Notes: generated by a model not told the origin, from the letters alone. Positions 19,889 to 31,127 are shown, numbered from the stretch's first letter. The stretch: 64,000 nucleotides of DNA from Candidatus Kapaibacterium sp. (GCA_963665665.1 OY762428.1:576001-640000), one strand, 5' to 3'. Made by a program: numbers and translations.

Positions 19889-22800
19889 TTAAATCTCTAC
19901 TATCATCTTCTTCAGCTTGTCAGTCTGATCATGAAGGTAATGGGAGAGACGCAAAGCAAGGTCCGGATGTTTGGTAAGCAGCGTCTTCAGTTTGTCTTTC
20001 GGCAGCTTCATTATTCTCGCGGAACTTATTACCGGCTGGGCTGTAACAGAGGATTTGTCATCCCACACAGCACCTTCACCGAAAATCTCTCCTGTACCAA
20101 TTACATTGATAGTACCGAGCCATCCCATTACCGAGTGCCTCATCTGCTCGACAGCGCCCTCACGAATAAGGTAAACATCCCTGTTCATATCATTTTCCCA
20201 AACAACTTCCTCATCGGGATCGTAATATCTTTCCATGGCAATGCCGGCTAATGATGAAATAGCCTCGTCATCCATTTCTTTGAAGAGATCAAGTGAATTC
20301 AGGAATTCTATTCTCTGCTGCAATGAATTAACCACCATATTTCTCATTTTATTTTCATCAGGTTTCTTCCATTCAAACCCGCTGAGTTCAAGAGCTTTGG
20401 CTGTTTTATCAGAAAGGATATCCATCTTTGTGGCGTTGATTTTATCGAAGTCCTCGCTCAGCCAACCCTTGTGAAGCATTATTGCCTCGATAAACGGCCT
20501 GAATCCATCTCTTTCGAAATTTGAATAAAGGAAGTGAATGAATTCTTTCAGGTCGAATGTTTCCACGTTAAGGTTCAACTTACTGCCGGATAATATGTCT
20601 GAAATATCAACCTTCATCGGATTTTCGATGTGGTAAGTACTGTTCAACAGGTTTTCCCTTCCGGAAAGAGTAAGCACGGCATTACTGACGTAATCAACAA
20701 AAGAAAAGTCGTAATAATCACCCTTTAGAACAGCACCAATATTTATAAATGCACGGAAAATGTTATAAAATGCATTGTCATCAATATTCTGCTGGTGAAC
20801 TCCTGTCTCCGAATTATAAACTATATTTCCTATACGATAAATATTGGTTTTTATCCCTTTTTCACGGGCTGCGATAACCCTTGTTTCGGCTTCGAGTTTT
20901 GTTTTAACATAATAGTTATCTACTTCCTGGCCAATATCACATTTATCCTCGGAAAATAGAACAACATCATTGCCGGGAACATGTCCGAGAGCAACTGAAA
21001 TTGTCGAAATATGGTGAAAATCTTTTTTACGTCCGTCACCGGCAAAGGCAAGAATATTATCGGTTGCTTTCACATTAGCCCGATAGAAATCTTCGTAAGC
21101 GCCGTAGTGCTTAACAATCGCAGCTGAGTGCCATACACAGTCGCATTCTTCACAAAGCCGCGAATAATTTTCATTATCCAAACCCAAACTGTCTTCGGCA
21201 ATATCTCCGCATATTACCTCCACACCTGATTCCTGAATATCAATATAATCATTGGGGAAATAGAATTTCAGTTTATTTTCCAGCCTTTGCATTGCTTTAT
21301 CATTACTGTCGCCTCGCACAATGGCAGTAATTTTAACACCTTCTTTGCGGCTTAAATCCCTTAGCAGATAAATACCGAGATAACCTGTAGCCCCTGTTAA
21401 CAGTATATGCTTATAGCCATTGTGTACAGTCAGGTCAAGGCAGGCAAGCTGGCTGACTTCTTTCTGATATTCCTCTTCCTCGGTTTTCAATTCCGGTACT
21501 GTTCTGTAATCAACATCATTGAACTTAAATTCTCTCAGTTTTTCAAGCCTGATTTTCAGGTTATCCTCAGATTCATTGATATTTTCTGCAAGTTCTTCGA
21601 TTGTCGGATATTCAAAAATGTCATTTACCCGGACGTCGAAGTCCTTCTGGAGTTTAGCCGTCAGCGCCACGGCTTTCAGGCTGTGTCCGCCAAGTGAGAA
21701 GAAATCGTCTTTGATACTTATCTTATCAAGCCCGAGAATTTCCATCCATGCGTTAGCGATCTTTTCTTCCTTTTTATTTCGGGGAGCAACAAATTCTGCC
21801 CCTGAGGAAATTTTATCACCCGGTTCGGGAAGCTGGCGACGGTCAACCTTGCCGTTTGAGGTAAGCGGAAATTCATCCATGTGGATAAAGTATGACGGAA
21901 CCATGTAGTCCGGCAGATCCTTATGGAGAAATTCCCTGAGTTCATTAACAGTGATCTCATTTTCAGATACATAATAGGCACAGAGATATTTCTCGCCGTG
22001 TGTTTCTTCTTTAGCCAGAACAACTACTTTATTTATTTCATTATGTTTCAGCAGTTTATCTTCAATTTCTCCCAGTTCAATCCTGAATCCGCGTATCTTC
22101 ACCTGGAAGTCTATCCTTCCAAGATATTCCATTTCGCCGGACGGCAGCCTTCGGGCAAGGTCGCCGCTTCGGTACATTCTTTCTTTAGGGCGGTATGGGT
22201 TGGGAATAAATCTCTCCCCGGTTAGTTCTTCACGATTCATATAGCCACGTGCAACGCCTTCACCTCCAACACAAAGCTCTCCTGCAACTCCGTAGGGGAC
22301 GATATGCTGTTCAGTATCCATTATATAGCAGGTCAGTGTTGGTATAGGAAGCCCGATATTACTGATATTATTATCAATTTCATACTGACCTATTTCTTTA
22401 TAAGTCACATGTACGGTTGTTTCAGTGATACCATACATATTAATAAGTTTTGTTTCCGGGTAGCGTTTGTGGAAATTGTTCAGCAATATCGGCTTCAGAG
22501 CCTCACCGCCAAATATTACAAAGCGAAGGCCAAGTAATTTCTCTGTAAAATGTTCCTCGGTTTCTATCAGGTTATAGAATGCCCCGGGAGTCTGATTCAG
22601 TACTGTCACTTTTTTATCTGAAAGCAATTTGATAAAATCTTCCGGGTTTTGTGCTTCTTCCTTCGGAACAACCACAAGCTTACCACCGAACAGCAGCGGC
22701 CCGTACATTTCCCAAACCGAGAAATCAAATGAGAATGAATGGAATAAAGTCCAGACATCATGCTCGTCAAAATCAAACTGAAAGCGGCTGTTTTTCAGAA

Positions 22801-25800
22801 GGCGGACAAGATTGTGATGTTCAAGCATAACTCCCTTGGGTTTGCCTGTTGATCCTGAAGTATATATGATATAAATCATATCATCCGGACAGGATATTGG
22901 TTCAAGATTTTCACATTTTTCAGAGTAAAGTGCCTGATCATAAACATCAATGATTTCACCCTCAAAATCCAGCCTTTTTCCAAGTTCACTGCTTGATAGA
23001 AGAATCTTCGTACCACTGTCCGACAACATGAAATCAATTCTTTCCGGTGGATATTCGGGAATAACCGGCAGGTAAGCCCCGCCAGCTTTGATAATAGCCA
23101 GGGCACTGAGAACCATTTCCATTGAACGTTCCAGAAAAATGGCTACAATTGTATCAGCTTTAACGCCTTTACTTCTTAGTATTTTCGCAAGGCTGTTTGC
23201 TCTGTCGTTAAGTTCGCTGTATGTCCATGATTTGTCACCCAGCTCGATTGCTGTTCTTTCAGGAAAGCGTCTTACTGTTTCCTCGAATATCTCGTGGGCA
23301 GTTTTATTCTCCGGCCATTCTGCTTCCGTGTGGTTAAATTCATATAAAAGCGCTTTAAGTTCGTGGGAATCAATCATCTTCATGCTGCCAATTCTCATTT
23401 CCGGAGCCAGGCACATTTCGTTCATTATATTTTCCAGGTGGCGACACATTCTTGCAGCTGTTTCTTCTTTAAACAGGCTCGTTCTGTAGTACAGTTTTAG
23501 GTTGAGCATTTCATTCTGCTCTGTAAAGGTAAATGAAAGATCAAACTTAGCGCTGTGATTATTGAATTCCTTAATAACTGAATTTATTCCTTCAGATTGG
23601 AATTCGTAGCCTCCCATATTCTGCAGAACAAGTATTACATCAAATAATGGATTACGCCCCGATTCCCGGTTAACATTTATCTTATCATAAATATTCTCGA
23701 TCGGATAGTTCTGGTTTTCATACACGTCAAACAGTGTTGCTTTAACTTCATTAATCAGCTGAATAAAAGTCTTGTCTTTTTCGGGGAGGGCCCTGACTGG
23801 CAAAGTATTTACGAACATTCCGATCATATCCTCGGCCTCCTCTTTCAACCTGCCGCCCGTGGGCGAACCAATAACAATATCATTCTGATTTGTATATTTT
23901 GCCATAAGAACATACAGAGCAGACATAAGTACAACGTTCAGCGTAGTGTCCTGAGCTTTGGCTATCATATTGATTTTATTTGTAAGTTCAGGCATTATAT
24001 CAATTTCAAAAATATCGCCTTCATAATCGACCGATGCCTTTCTCGGCATATCTGTAGGAAGATCGAGTGTTGGTACATCAGCAAAGGTTTTTAGCCAGAA
24101 TTCCTCCTGTTTATGTATTTCATCGGACTGAATAATTTTATCTTCCCAACTAACATAATCCTTAAAGTGCAGTTTAAGAGCTTCGGGAGTTTCAGCGTTG
24201 TAAAATGCTGAAAGGTCCTTCATAAGAATAGTTAGTGAAATCCCGTCGAAAATAATATGGTGGAAATCCATCAGCAGGCATACTTTTTCTTTGGATATTC
24301 TTAGAAGTTTGAACCTTGCAAGGGGAGCCTTCTGCAGGTTGAACGGCCTGATAAATTCCAGCATTTTATCATTTATTTCATTATCCGAACAGTCGGCGAT
24401 CAAACGTTTTATCTTTGCCTTGGGATGAACTACCTGAACCGGAGTTCCATTTTTAACCTCAAATGATGTCCTTAATGCTTCGTGCCTTTCAACTAGTTTT
24501 TCAATAGCCTCGCTCAGGCGGGAAAGGTCAACATTTCCTTCAAGAGTTAAAATGCAGGGCACATTATATGTAGTACCGATATTTTTCATTTGCTCCAGTA
24601 CGAACAGCTGCCTTTGAGCGGATGATGCAGGGTAGAAGTTCGCAGGTTCTGCCGGAGTAAGTTCAATTATTTCATGCTTATCAGTCTGGTCAATATATTC
24701 TGCGAGCTTGGCAACTGTAGTCAGGTCAAAAAGGTTTTTAAGGCTAATTCTCAGGCTGAATTTTTTTTCTATCCTTGCCTGTAGAACAACCGCTTTAAGG
24801 GAGTGTCCGCCAAGATCAAAGAAATCATCATTTTTGCCGATCTTATCAATGCCAAGAATTTTTCCGAAAATTGAAGCAATGATTTTTTCTGTTTCGGTTT
24901 CAGGCTCTATATACTCTGTTTTTGATTCTTCAATAACTTTTGGTTCCGGCAGGGCCTTCCTGTCCACTTTGCCAACCGGAGTAAGCGGAATGGAATCAAT
25001 CCTCATCAGGTACTGCGGTATCATGTAATCCGGCAGAACCTCCCTTGCAGCAGCCTTAATTTTACCGGCATCCATTTCTTGATCTGCTATATAATAAGCG
25101 CAAAGATAAACACCCCGGGTATCCTGAATATCAACAACCACGGCATCTTTGATACCTTCAATATTTTTAATGGCTGTCTCAATCTCGCCAAGTTCAATCC
25201 TGTACCCCCTAACTTTAACCTGGCGATCAATCCTGCCAAGGTATTCAATCGTTCCGTCCGGCAGCCAGCGGCAAAGATCTCCGGTCCGATACATTCTTTC
25301 GCCGGTAACAGGGTTAGTAACAAAAACGGCATCTGTTTTTTCCGGCAGGTTCAGATAGCCTCTGGCAAGCTGTGCCCCTCCGACACATAGTTCACCCGGA
25401 ACTCCAATAGGCTGTAAATTGCTGAATTTATCAAAAATATAGCAAGGCGAATTCTTCACCGGATAGCCGATTGGAATATTCTTTTTAATTTCATTAACAT
25501 AGTAATATGTTGATATAACCGTATTCTCTGTCGGGCCGTAGCCATTAATCAGATCGAAACCGGTTTTTTTATATGACCTTAATTTCTCTCCGCCTGTAAT
25601 CAGCCAACGCATACTTTTATTCTTGGTAATCTCCATAAATTGTTCGCCAAACTGGGTTATCATCACAGCGGTTGTAATCTTATTCCGGACTATATAATCC
25701 TCAGTCTCAACAATAGACTTCCTTATCTCTTCAGATAAAATATGAAGTTCAGCACCGGCAAGCAACTGAGGGAAGATTTCAATTACGGAAGCGTCGAAAC

Positions 25801-27745
25801 TAAATGCCAAAGTTTTAAGGCAGCGGTCATTTTCATCCAGTTTGCCTTCTTCAATCAGCCACTGGCACATGTTAACAAGGGAATGATTCTCAATCATTAC
25901 TCCTTTGGGTTTGCCTGTGGAGCCTGATGTATAAATAATATAAGCAAGGCTATCAGGGCCGGACTCGGATGGTATTTTTTCCACCAAAAGGTAGTTGTTT
26001 CTGTCATCCAGATCAATTACAGCTCCGTTAAAATCAATTTCTTCGTATAAATGTCTTTGTGATATTAATATAGGAGCGGCGCTGTCGTCCAGCATATATT
26101 TTTTTCTGTCCGCAGGATATGAGGGATCTATCGGAACGAAACAGCTGCCTGATTTCAGTACTGCAATAAAAGCAACAATTATTTCTACTGACCGCTCAGC
26201 AAGAATTACAACAGGAACATCCGGACCGCCTCCATGTTCAATTATCCTTGATGCCAGGGCATCGGCCTTTTTATTTAGTTCAGCGTATGTAAGCTTATCA
26301 TCTTTGAATACTACAGCAGTTCTGTCAGAGAACATCCGGGCTGTCTTAGCAAACAGATCCTGGTAGGTAAAATCATGTTCAGGCAGTTCAACCGGCTTAT
26401 TGAAATGGTTCAGTATAATTGATTTTTCATAAACAGGCAGAATATCAATATCTGACAGTGCTATTTCCGAATTTTCAATCACCTGGAAAACGATTCGGTT
26501 AAGTGTATCGATAATTTCAACGGCTTTTTTATCGTTTATCAGATCAAGGTTGTAATTGATATTGAATTCAATAGGATTAAGTTCAGGATTATTATAATCA
26601 TAGGAAATAAACGCACATAATTCGCCCGGCCCTACATAAGAATTCACACTCGTAGATGTTGTTTCATTATCCAGAGTTTCAAAATTCTGTGCCAGGCTGA
26701 TAGTTACCATTTCATCAAACTTACCATGAATATTTTCCAGGGCATCAATTATTAGGTCGTAGGACAAATTTCCATGATCCACATATTTCTTAATTTTATT
26801 ATTAACAAATTTTATCAAATCAGAAAATGGGCCGTTAATATCTGATGTGATTCTGAAAGGCAGGTAGTTAACAAACATGCCAAAAGTATCTTTGAACTCC
26901 TCGGGCCGGTTTGCTATTGGAATGCCAATTGCAATATCGTTTTTGCCGCTTATCCTTGTCAGGTAAACATACATAGCAGCAAGGTAAAGTTTAAAAGCGG
27001 ATGTATGATGCTCACGTGTAAATTCAAATATTTTTTCACTTTCCTCTTTAGAAAGGAAAATAGTTTTAAGGCCGTTGGCCTTGCTTTCCATTTTATCAAA
27101 AGGATTAACCGCAACTGGTTCGGGAAGCGTTGAAAATTCTTCAAGCCAATAATTTTTATCCTCTTCGGCCCTGTTGCTTTTCAGGTAATTACTTTCATGG
27201 CCGGCAAAATCAGTATATGATTTTGTAATATTGGGTTCAGGTGTAACTCCTGCTTCAAATATTTGAGCTAATTCTGATATACGGTCTATCATCAGTTTCA
27301 TACACCAACCATCAACAATGGTGTGGTGAATATTCAGGTAATAGCCGTTTTTTCCGTCAGGAAGCTTTAAAAGCACAAATGAAAAAAGGTCAGAATCGAA
27401 TAGTTGAATTGGCTTACGGGAAATTGATTTTACCCATTCATTCATTTTAGTATTGTTTGTTTTTTCCCGTTCTTCAGATCCGGAAAAATCGATTATTTCA
27501 AATTCTCTTTCTTCATATTCAGCAATATATTGAAATATTTTATCTTCAACTTTAGTATATCTTATTCTTATACCTACGGTTTCATAAATGAAAAAATTGA
27601 TTGCTTTGGAGATTATTTCCGGAGAATAATCTTTTTTGAACCTTACTATCCTTGGAATATTCCACAAGGCGTTTTCCGGTTCCAGCAGGTCTATAAATAG
27701 CAGCCTCATTTGCGGGTGCGAAATCGGAATCAATTCTTTTTCCAT
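19889..27745 (-). CDS. Two-module NRPS C-A-T-C-A-T-R(thioester reductase) with C-terminal cNMP-binding (Crp-like) domain
   Basis: HHTIVDG and HHIIFDG; two YTSGSTGKPKG; two DDFFxLGGHSL; LLTGATGYLG plus YxxTK; C-terminal LF...VYLIREGAVE...GEIFGE. Confidence 0.95.
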   Translation of the reverse strand: MEKELIPISHPQMRLLFIDLLEPENALWNIPRIVRFKKDYSPEIISKAINFFIYETVGIRIRYTKVEDKIFQYIAEYEEREFEIIDFSGSEEREKTNNTKMNEWVKSISRKPIQLFDSDLFSFVLLKLPDGKNGYYLNIHHTIVDGWCMKLMIDRISELAQIFEAGVTPEPNITKSYTDFAGHESNYLKSNRAEEDKNYWLEEFSTLPEPVAVNPFDKMESKANGLKTIFLSKEESEKIFEFTREHHTSAFKLYLAAMYVYLTRISGKNDIAIGIPIANRPEEFKDTFGMFVNYLPFRITSDINGPFSDLIKFVNNKIKKYVDHGNLSYDLIIDALENIHGKFDEMVTISLAQNFETLDNETTSTSVNSYVGPGELCAFISYDYNNPELNPIEFNINYNLDLINDKKAVEIIDTLNRIVFQVIENSEIALSDIDILPVYEKSIILNHFNKPVELPEHDFTYQDLFAKTARMFSDRTAVVFKDDKLTYAELNKKADALASRIIEHGGGPDVPVVILAERSVEIIVAFIAVLKSGSCFVPIDPSYPADRKKYMLDDSAAPILISQRHLYEEIDFNGAVIDLDDRNNYLLVEKIPSESGPDSLAYIIYTSGSTGKPKGVMIENHSLVNMCQWLIEEGKLDENDRCLKTLAFSFDASVIEIFPQLLAGAELHILSEEIRKSIVETEDYIVRNKITTAVMITQFGEQFMEITKNKSMRWLITGGEKLRSYKKTGFDLINGYGPTENTVISTYYYVNEIKKNIPIGYPVKNSPCYIFDKFSNLQPIGVPGELCVGGAQLARGYLNLPEKTDAVFVTNPVTGERMYRTGDLCRWLPDGTIEYLGRIDRQVKVRGYRIELGEIETAIKNIEGIKDAVVVDIQDTRGVYLCAYYIADQEMDAGKIKAAAREVLPDYMIPQYLMRIDSIPLTPVGKVDRKALPEPKVIEESKTEYIEPETETEKIIASIFGKILGIDKIGKNDDFFDLGGHSLKAVVLQARIEKKFSLRISLKNLFDLTTVAKLAEYIDQTDKHEIIELTPAEPANFYPASSAQRQLFVLEQMKNIGTTYNVPCILTLEGNVDLSRLSEAIEKLVERHEALRTSFEVKNGTPVQVVHPKAKIKRLIADCSDNEINDKMLEFIRPFNLQKAPLARFKLLRISKEKVCLLMDFHHIIFDGISLTILMKDLSAFYNAETPEALKLHFKDYVSWEDKIIQSDEIHKQEEFWLKTFADVPTLDLPTDMPRKASVDYEGDIFEIDIMPELTNKINMIAKAQDTTLNVVLMSALYVLMAKYTNQNDIVIGSPTGGRLKEEAEDMIGMFVNTLPVRALPEKDKTFIQLINEVKATLFDVYENQNYPIENIYDKINVNRESGRNPLFDVILVLQNMGGYEFQSEGINSVIKEFNNHSAKFDLSFTFTEQNEMLNLKLYYRTSLFKEETAARMCRHLENIMNEMCLAPEMRIGSMKMIDSHELKALLYEFNHTEAEWPENKTAHEIFEETVRRFPERTAIELGDKSWTYSELNDRANSLAKILRSKGVKADTIVAIFLERSMEMVLSALAIIKAGGAYLPVIPEYPPERIDFMLSDSGTKILLSSSELGKRLDFEGEIIDVYDQALYSEKCENLEPISCPDDMIYIIYTSGSTGKPKGVMLEHHNLVRLLKNSRFQFDFDEHDVWTLFHSFSFDFSVWEMYGPLLFGGKLVVVPKEEAQNPEDFIKLLSDKKVTVLNQTPGAFYNLIETEEHFTEKLLGLRFVIFGGEALKPILLNNFHKRYPETKLINMYGITETTVHVTYKEIGQYEIDNNISNIGLPIPTLTCYIMDTEQHIVPYGVAGELCVGGEGVARGYMNREELTGERFIPNPYRPKERMYRSGDLARRLPSGEMEYLGRIDFQVKIRGFRIELGEIEDKLLKHNEINKVVVLAKEETHGEKYLCAYYVSENEITVNELREFLHKDLPDYMVPSYFIHMDEFPLTSNGKVDRRQLPEPGDKISSGAEFVAPRNKKEEKIANAWMEILGLDKISIKDDFFSLGGHSLKAVALTAKLQKDFDVRVNDIFEYPTIEELAENINESEDNLKIRLEKLREFKFNDVDYRTVPELKTEEEEYQKEVSQLACLDLTVHNGYKHILLTGATGYLGIYLLRDLSRKEGVKITAIVRGDSNDKAMQRLENKLKFYFPNDYIDIQESGVEVICGDIAEDSLGLDNENYSRLCEECDCVWHSAAIVKHYGAYEDFYRANVKATDNILAFAGDGRKKDFHHISTISVALGHVPGNDVVLFSEDKCDIGQEVDNYYVKTKLEAETRVIAAREKGIKTNIYRIGNIVYNSETGVHQQNIDDNAFYNIFRAFINIGAVLKGDYYDFSFVDYVSNAVLTLSGRENLLNSTYHIENPMKVDISDILSGSKLNLNVETFDLKEFIHFLYSNFERDGFRPFIEAIMLHKGWLSEDFDKINATKMDILSDKTAKALELSGFEWKKPDENKMRNMVVNSLQQRIEFLNSLDLFKEMDDEAISSLAGIAMERYYDPDEEVVWENDMNRDVYLIREGAVEQMRHSVMGWLGTINVIGTGEIFGEGAVWDDKSSVTAQPVISSARIMKLPKDKLKTLLTKHPDLALRLSHYLHDQTDKLKKMIVEI

Positions 27746-27779
27746 TTTACTACCTTTGATTTTTCAATAAATGTTTTAA

Positions 27780-28436
27780 CTATATAAAATTAATTTTTTT
27801 GCCTGGTTCACAATCATAAATACAGCTTGTCAGTTTATAATTCTCATCAAAAAAGTGCTGTCCGAATTTAAACTTTTTCCATTCTTTATTTTCAGAAATA
27901 ATTTTAAATTTTTCAAGGTCAAAATCCAGGCCCAGAACATCAATCTTAAAGCCCTTACCTAAAGCCTTAATGAAACTTTCTTTAATCGTCCATAATGTAT
28001 AAAACCTGTTAAATCTTTCTGCGTAAGTACTTGAATTTATGAAATCAATCTGTCGCCTGTTAAACACAGTTGGCGCTATCTCATCAATATCAATATCAAT
28101 AATCTCCTCAATATCAATACCACAGGGCTGATCTGAAATTATGCAGGCAATATAATCACCTGAGTGAGATATGTTAAAGTAAAAATCCGAAGGCATTGCC
28201 GGATATGGCTTCAAATCCTTATCTGTTCTTATTATAATATCTTCGAAATTAATACCGGATTTTCTTCTGATCACTTCCCGAATAAGCCAGTCACCTTTAA
28301 GTGATCTGAGACGGTCGCTATCTAACTTCTTTTTTTGAATATACTTTTTTCTCTCGAATGGCAAATAATTCAAAAGGAAGGAATAATCTTCCGATTTCTC
28401 TGATTTTTCGATATAACTTAGGTAAATCTCGTTCAA
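27780..28436 (-). CDS. sfp: Sfp-type 4'-phosphopantetheinyl transferase
   Basis: FNISHSG, GIDIE, WTIKESFIKALGKG. Confidence 0.95.
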   Translation of the reverse strand: MNEIYLSYIEKSEKSEDYSFLLNYLPFERKKYIQKKKLDSDRLRSLKGDWLIREVIRRKSGINFEDIIIRTDKDLKPYPAMPSDFYFNISHSGDYIACIISDQPCGIDIEEIIDIDIDEIAPTVFNRRQIDFINSSTYAERFNRFYTLWTIKESFIKALGKGFKIDVLGLDFDLEKFKIISENKEWKKFKFGQHFFDENYKLTSCIYDCEPGKKINFI

Positions 28437-28686
28437 TCCCCGCCCTGTTTATACAATATTAAAGTTTAAAAGTAAGAAAATTTAGCAATAATTCATACAA
28501 ATTTATTAGTGATTCCACATTTCTTTATAAAATGAAAAGAAAATTTATTAAGAACAACTCAATTTATTGATTAATGATTTTATTTCAATATTTTTGGGAC
28601 AAAGAAATGATGTCTGCGAAGTTTATAATTGTTACAAATGATAAAATTCAGACATTCAAAGAATAAAATTTGAAAGCAAAATATTT

Positions 28687-29973
28687 TTGAAAAAGAAAAG
28701 ATCATTATTTAAAATTATCGGCCCCGGCTTGTTAATAGCAGCTACCGGCGTTGGTGCGGGAGATTTGGCCGGCGGAGCATTTGCCGGATCGAAACTTGGG
28801 CTTGCAGTCCTGTGGGCTGTACTATTAGGGGCAGCTTTTAAATATGTAATTACCGAGGGCCTTGCCCGTTGGCAACTCGTTTCCGGCGAGACATTACTCG
28901 AGGGTGCCTTGCTGAGGTTCGGAAAATTCGTTCAGATTTTCTTTTTATTCTATCTTGTTCTTTGGTCATACACTGTAGGTTCAGCTTTGATAAATGCATG
29001 TGGTGTTGCAGGCCATGCTCTTTTTCCCATATTTGATGATCATACAACAGGGAAAATATTCTGGGGTATAGTTCATAGCCTTGCCGGCTTTTTGCTTATC
29101 CGTTTCGGCCGCTTCTCTGTATTCGAAAAAGTAATGTCAGTCCTCATCCTTTTCATGTTCATCACTACATTACTAACTGCAATACTTTCAGGCCCGGAAA
29201 TTATTGAATTAATTAAGGGCAGCTTTATACCTTCGATACCTGAATATTTAGATTCAAACAATATAAACCAGGGGCCATCCTGGACCCTGGCCCTGATCGG
29301 GGGCGTTGGCGGCACACTAACCATTCTCTGCTATGGCTACTGGATTAGAGAAAACAATCGGGAAGGCAAAGAACAGATATCATTAACCAGGATAGACTTA
29401 TTAACTGCATACTTCATTACAGCGCTTTTTGGAATATCTATGGTGATTATTGCTTCCGGTTCAAATATTGACAAACAAAGCAGTTCTCTTCTTATTGTTA
29501 ATCTTGCCTCAATTCTGGAATCAACCCTTGGCAAAACCGGTTCAATAATATTTTTGATCGGCGCATGGAGCGCAATTTTCAGCAGCCTGCTCGGAGTCTG
29601 GCAATCTGTTCCATACCTTTTTGCTGATTTCATTATGATTTTTCAGTTCAAAGGAAAAATTGGAAATTATAAATCAAAAGTTATTGATACCAGAGCCTTA
29701 CCATACAGGCTATATTTATTTTTACTCGCAAGTATACCCTTAACAGGTTTGTTTTGGAAATTTGTTACTGTACAGAAAATATATGCAATTTTCGGGGCTT
29801 TCATTGTCCCGCTTACTGCAATTGCATTGCTGATTTTAAATAACAAGAAAATAATGACTTCAGAATATAAAAATTCTCTCCTGAACAATTTAATATTGAT
29901 CATTATAGTAATGTTTTTTATTTTACTTGGATTTCCTGAAATTATGAAACTTTTTCAGGGATTTATCAGATAG
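28687..29973 (+). CDS. Nramp/MntH-like divalent metal transporter
   Basis: IGPGLLIAATGVGAGD; about 11 TM segments. Confidence 0.85.
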   Translation: MKKKRSLFKIIGPGLLIAATGVGAGDLAGGAFAGSKLGLAVLWAVLLGAAFKYVITEGLARWQLVSGETLLEGALLRFGKFVQIFFLFYLVLWSYTVGSALINACGVAGHALFPIFDDHTTGKIFWGIVHSLAGFLLIRFGRFSVFEKVMSVLILFMFITTLLTAILSGPEIIELIKGSFIPSIPEYLDSNNINQGPSWTLALIGGVGGTLTILCYGYWIRENNREGKEQISLTRIDLLTAYFITALFGISMVIIASGSNIDKQSSSLLIVNLASILESTLGKTGSIIFLIGAWSAIFSSLLGVWQSVPYLFADFIMIFQFKGKIGNYKSKVIDTRALPYRLYLFLLASIPLTGLFWKFVTVQKIYAIFGAFIVPLTAIALLILNNKKIMTSEYKNSLLNNLILIIIVMFFILLGFPEIMKLFQGFIR

Positions 29974-30019
29974 TTTTAATATTTTTATCGGATTGTTAAA
30001 TAACGTTTTTGCTGAAATT

Positions 30020-31096
30020 ATGCGGGTTGTTCCATTTTTGCTGTTGTTCGTGATATTTTTCCTGTCCTGCCGGGATGAAAAGACCTGCGTGGAACCAACA
30101 GATGAAGAAACAAAATGGAAGATGCATTATTCTTTCAGGGATTATGAATCCTATATTCCCTGGGCAGAATCAAACGATAATTCTCTCCTGCTGAATATTA
30201 CAAAGGGAATTGGTATAATATTCGACGACGGCAGGGTTCTTAGGCAATCGAGAATGTTTAACCTGAAGTATATGTATTTTAAAAAACCCTTTAGCAATGA
30301 TTTTGGCGTGGGGTTCAATGTTGACTATTGGAATAAATATTTATACTTTGTTCCTGTCAATTCCAATTACCCGAGCAGTGAAACCGTGGAAATGCTTGAT
30401 CTGGACAGTTCTTTCTTAGACTTTAACCTGCCATTCCGCCATGTTCCAGTATTCGGATGCACCAATGATAACCAATATCTGATTCCTGCCAAAACTGAAC
30501 AATCTGCCGCTGTTTTCTACCTTCTGAAACTGGAAATTGAAGACAACAACGGAATAGATCAAAGCCATGCTGCTCTTTTGAAACGTTTCGATCTGGGAAT
30601 TCCTGATACAAGTGATTTCGAGATTTCTTACATTTATTCTGCCAATGATTATTTTATCATTAGTTCAAGGAACGAAGTATATAAATTGAATTCCAACGGC
30701 GATTTTGATTTGGTATTGGGGCAAATGCTGACAAATATTTTCAGGGTCTCAAATGTTCTTTATGCTGTCACCCCGGATACAAAAGAACTACTTATGTCCA
30801 GTGACGAAGGAAACAGCTGGCAATCCATTCTTTCCGACCTCCCCCCTATTATGACTAATTTCGGTACTCATTTCCTTTCTATTGATGCCAATATTATATT
30901 TCACAATAGTTCAAATATCTGGCGTTATGACATGACAAAGCTCGATATGGTGGAAATTGACAATACCGGACTGGAAAACAAAGAGATAACCTCTCTTTGT
31001 AAGTTCAACGGACTGGTTTATGCATCTACTCTTTCAGGTTTGTTTTCCTGCCCCGACAGCACTTACCTGAGCGCAAAAGCTGAAGTCGCTAATTAA
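30020..31096 (+). CDS. Hypothetical lipoprotein with one BNR/Asp-box
   Basis: FLSC lipobox; SSDEGNSW. Confidence 0.7.
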   Translation: MRVVPFLLLFVIFFLSCRDEKTCVEPTDEETKWKMHYSFRDYESYIPWAESNDNSLLLNITKGIGIIFDDGRVLRQSRMFNLKYMYFKKPFSNDFGVGFNVDYWNKYLYFVPVNSNYPSSETVEMLDLDSSFLDFNLPFRHVPVFGCTNDNQYLIPAKTEQSAAVFYLLKLEIEDNNGIDQSHAALLKRFDLGIPDTSDFEISYIYSANDYFIISSRNEVYKLNSNGDFDLVLGQMLTNIFRVSNVLYAVTPDTKELLMSSDEGNSWQSILSDLPPIMTNFGTHFLSIDANIIFHNSSNIWRYDMTKLDMVEIDNTGLENKEITSLCKFNGLVYASTLSGLFSCPDSTYLSAKAEVAN

Positions 31097-31127
31097 AAAA
31101 TTTTTAACAAAGAGAGAAACATAATTG

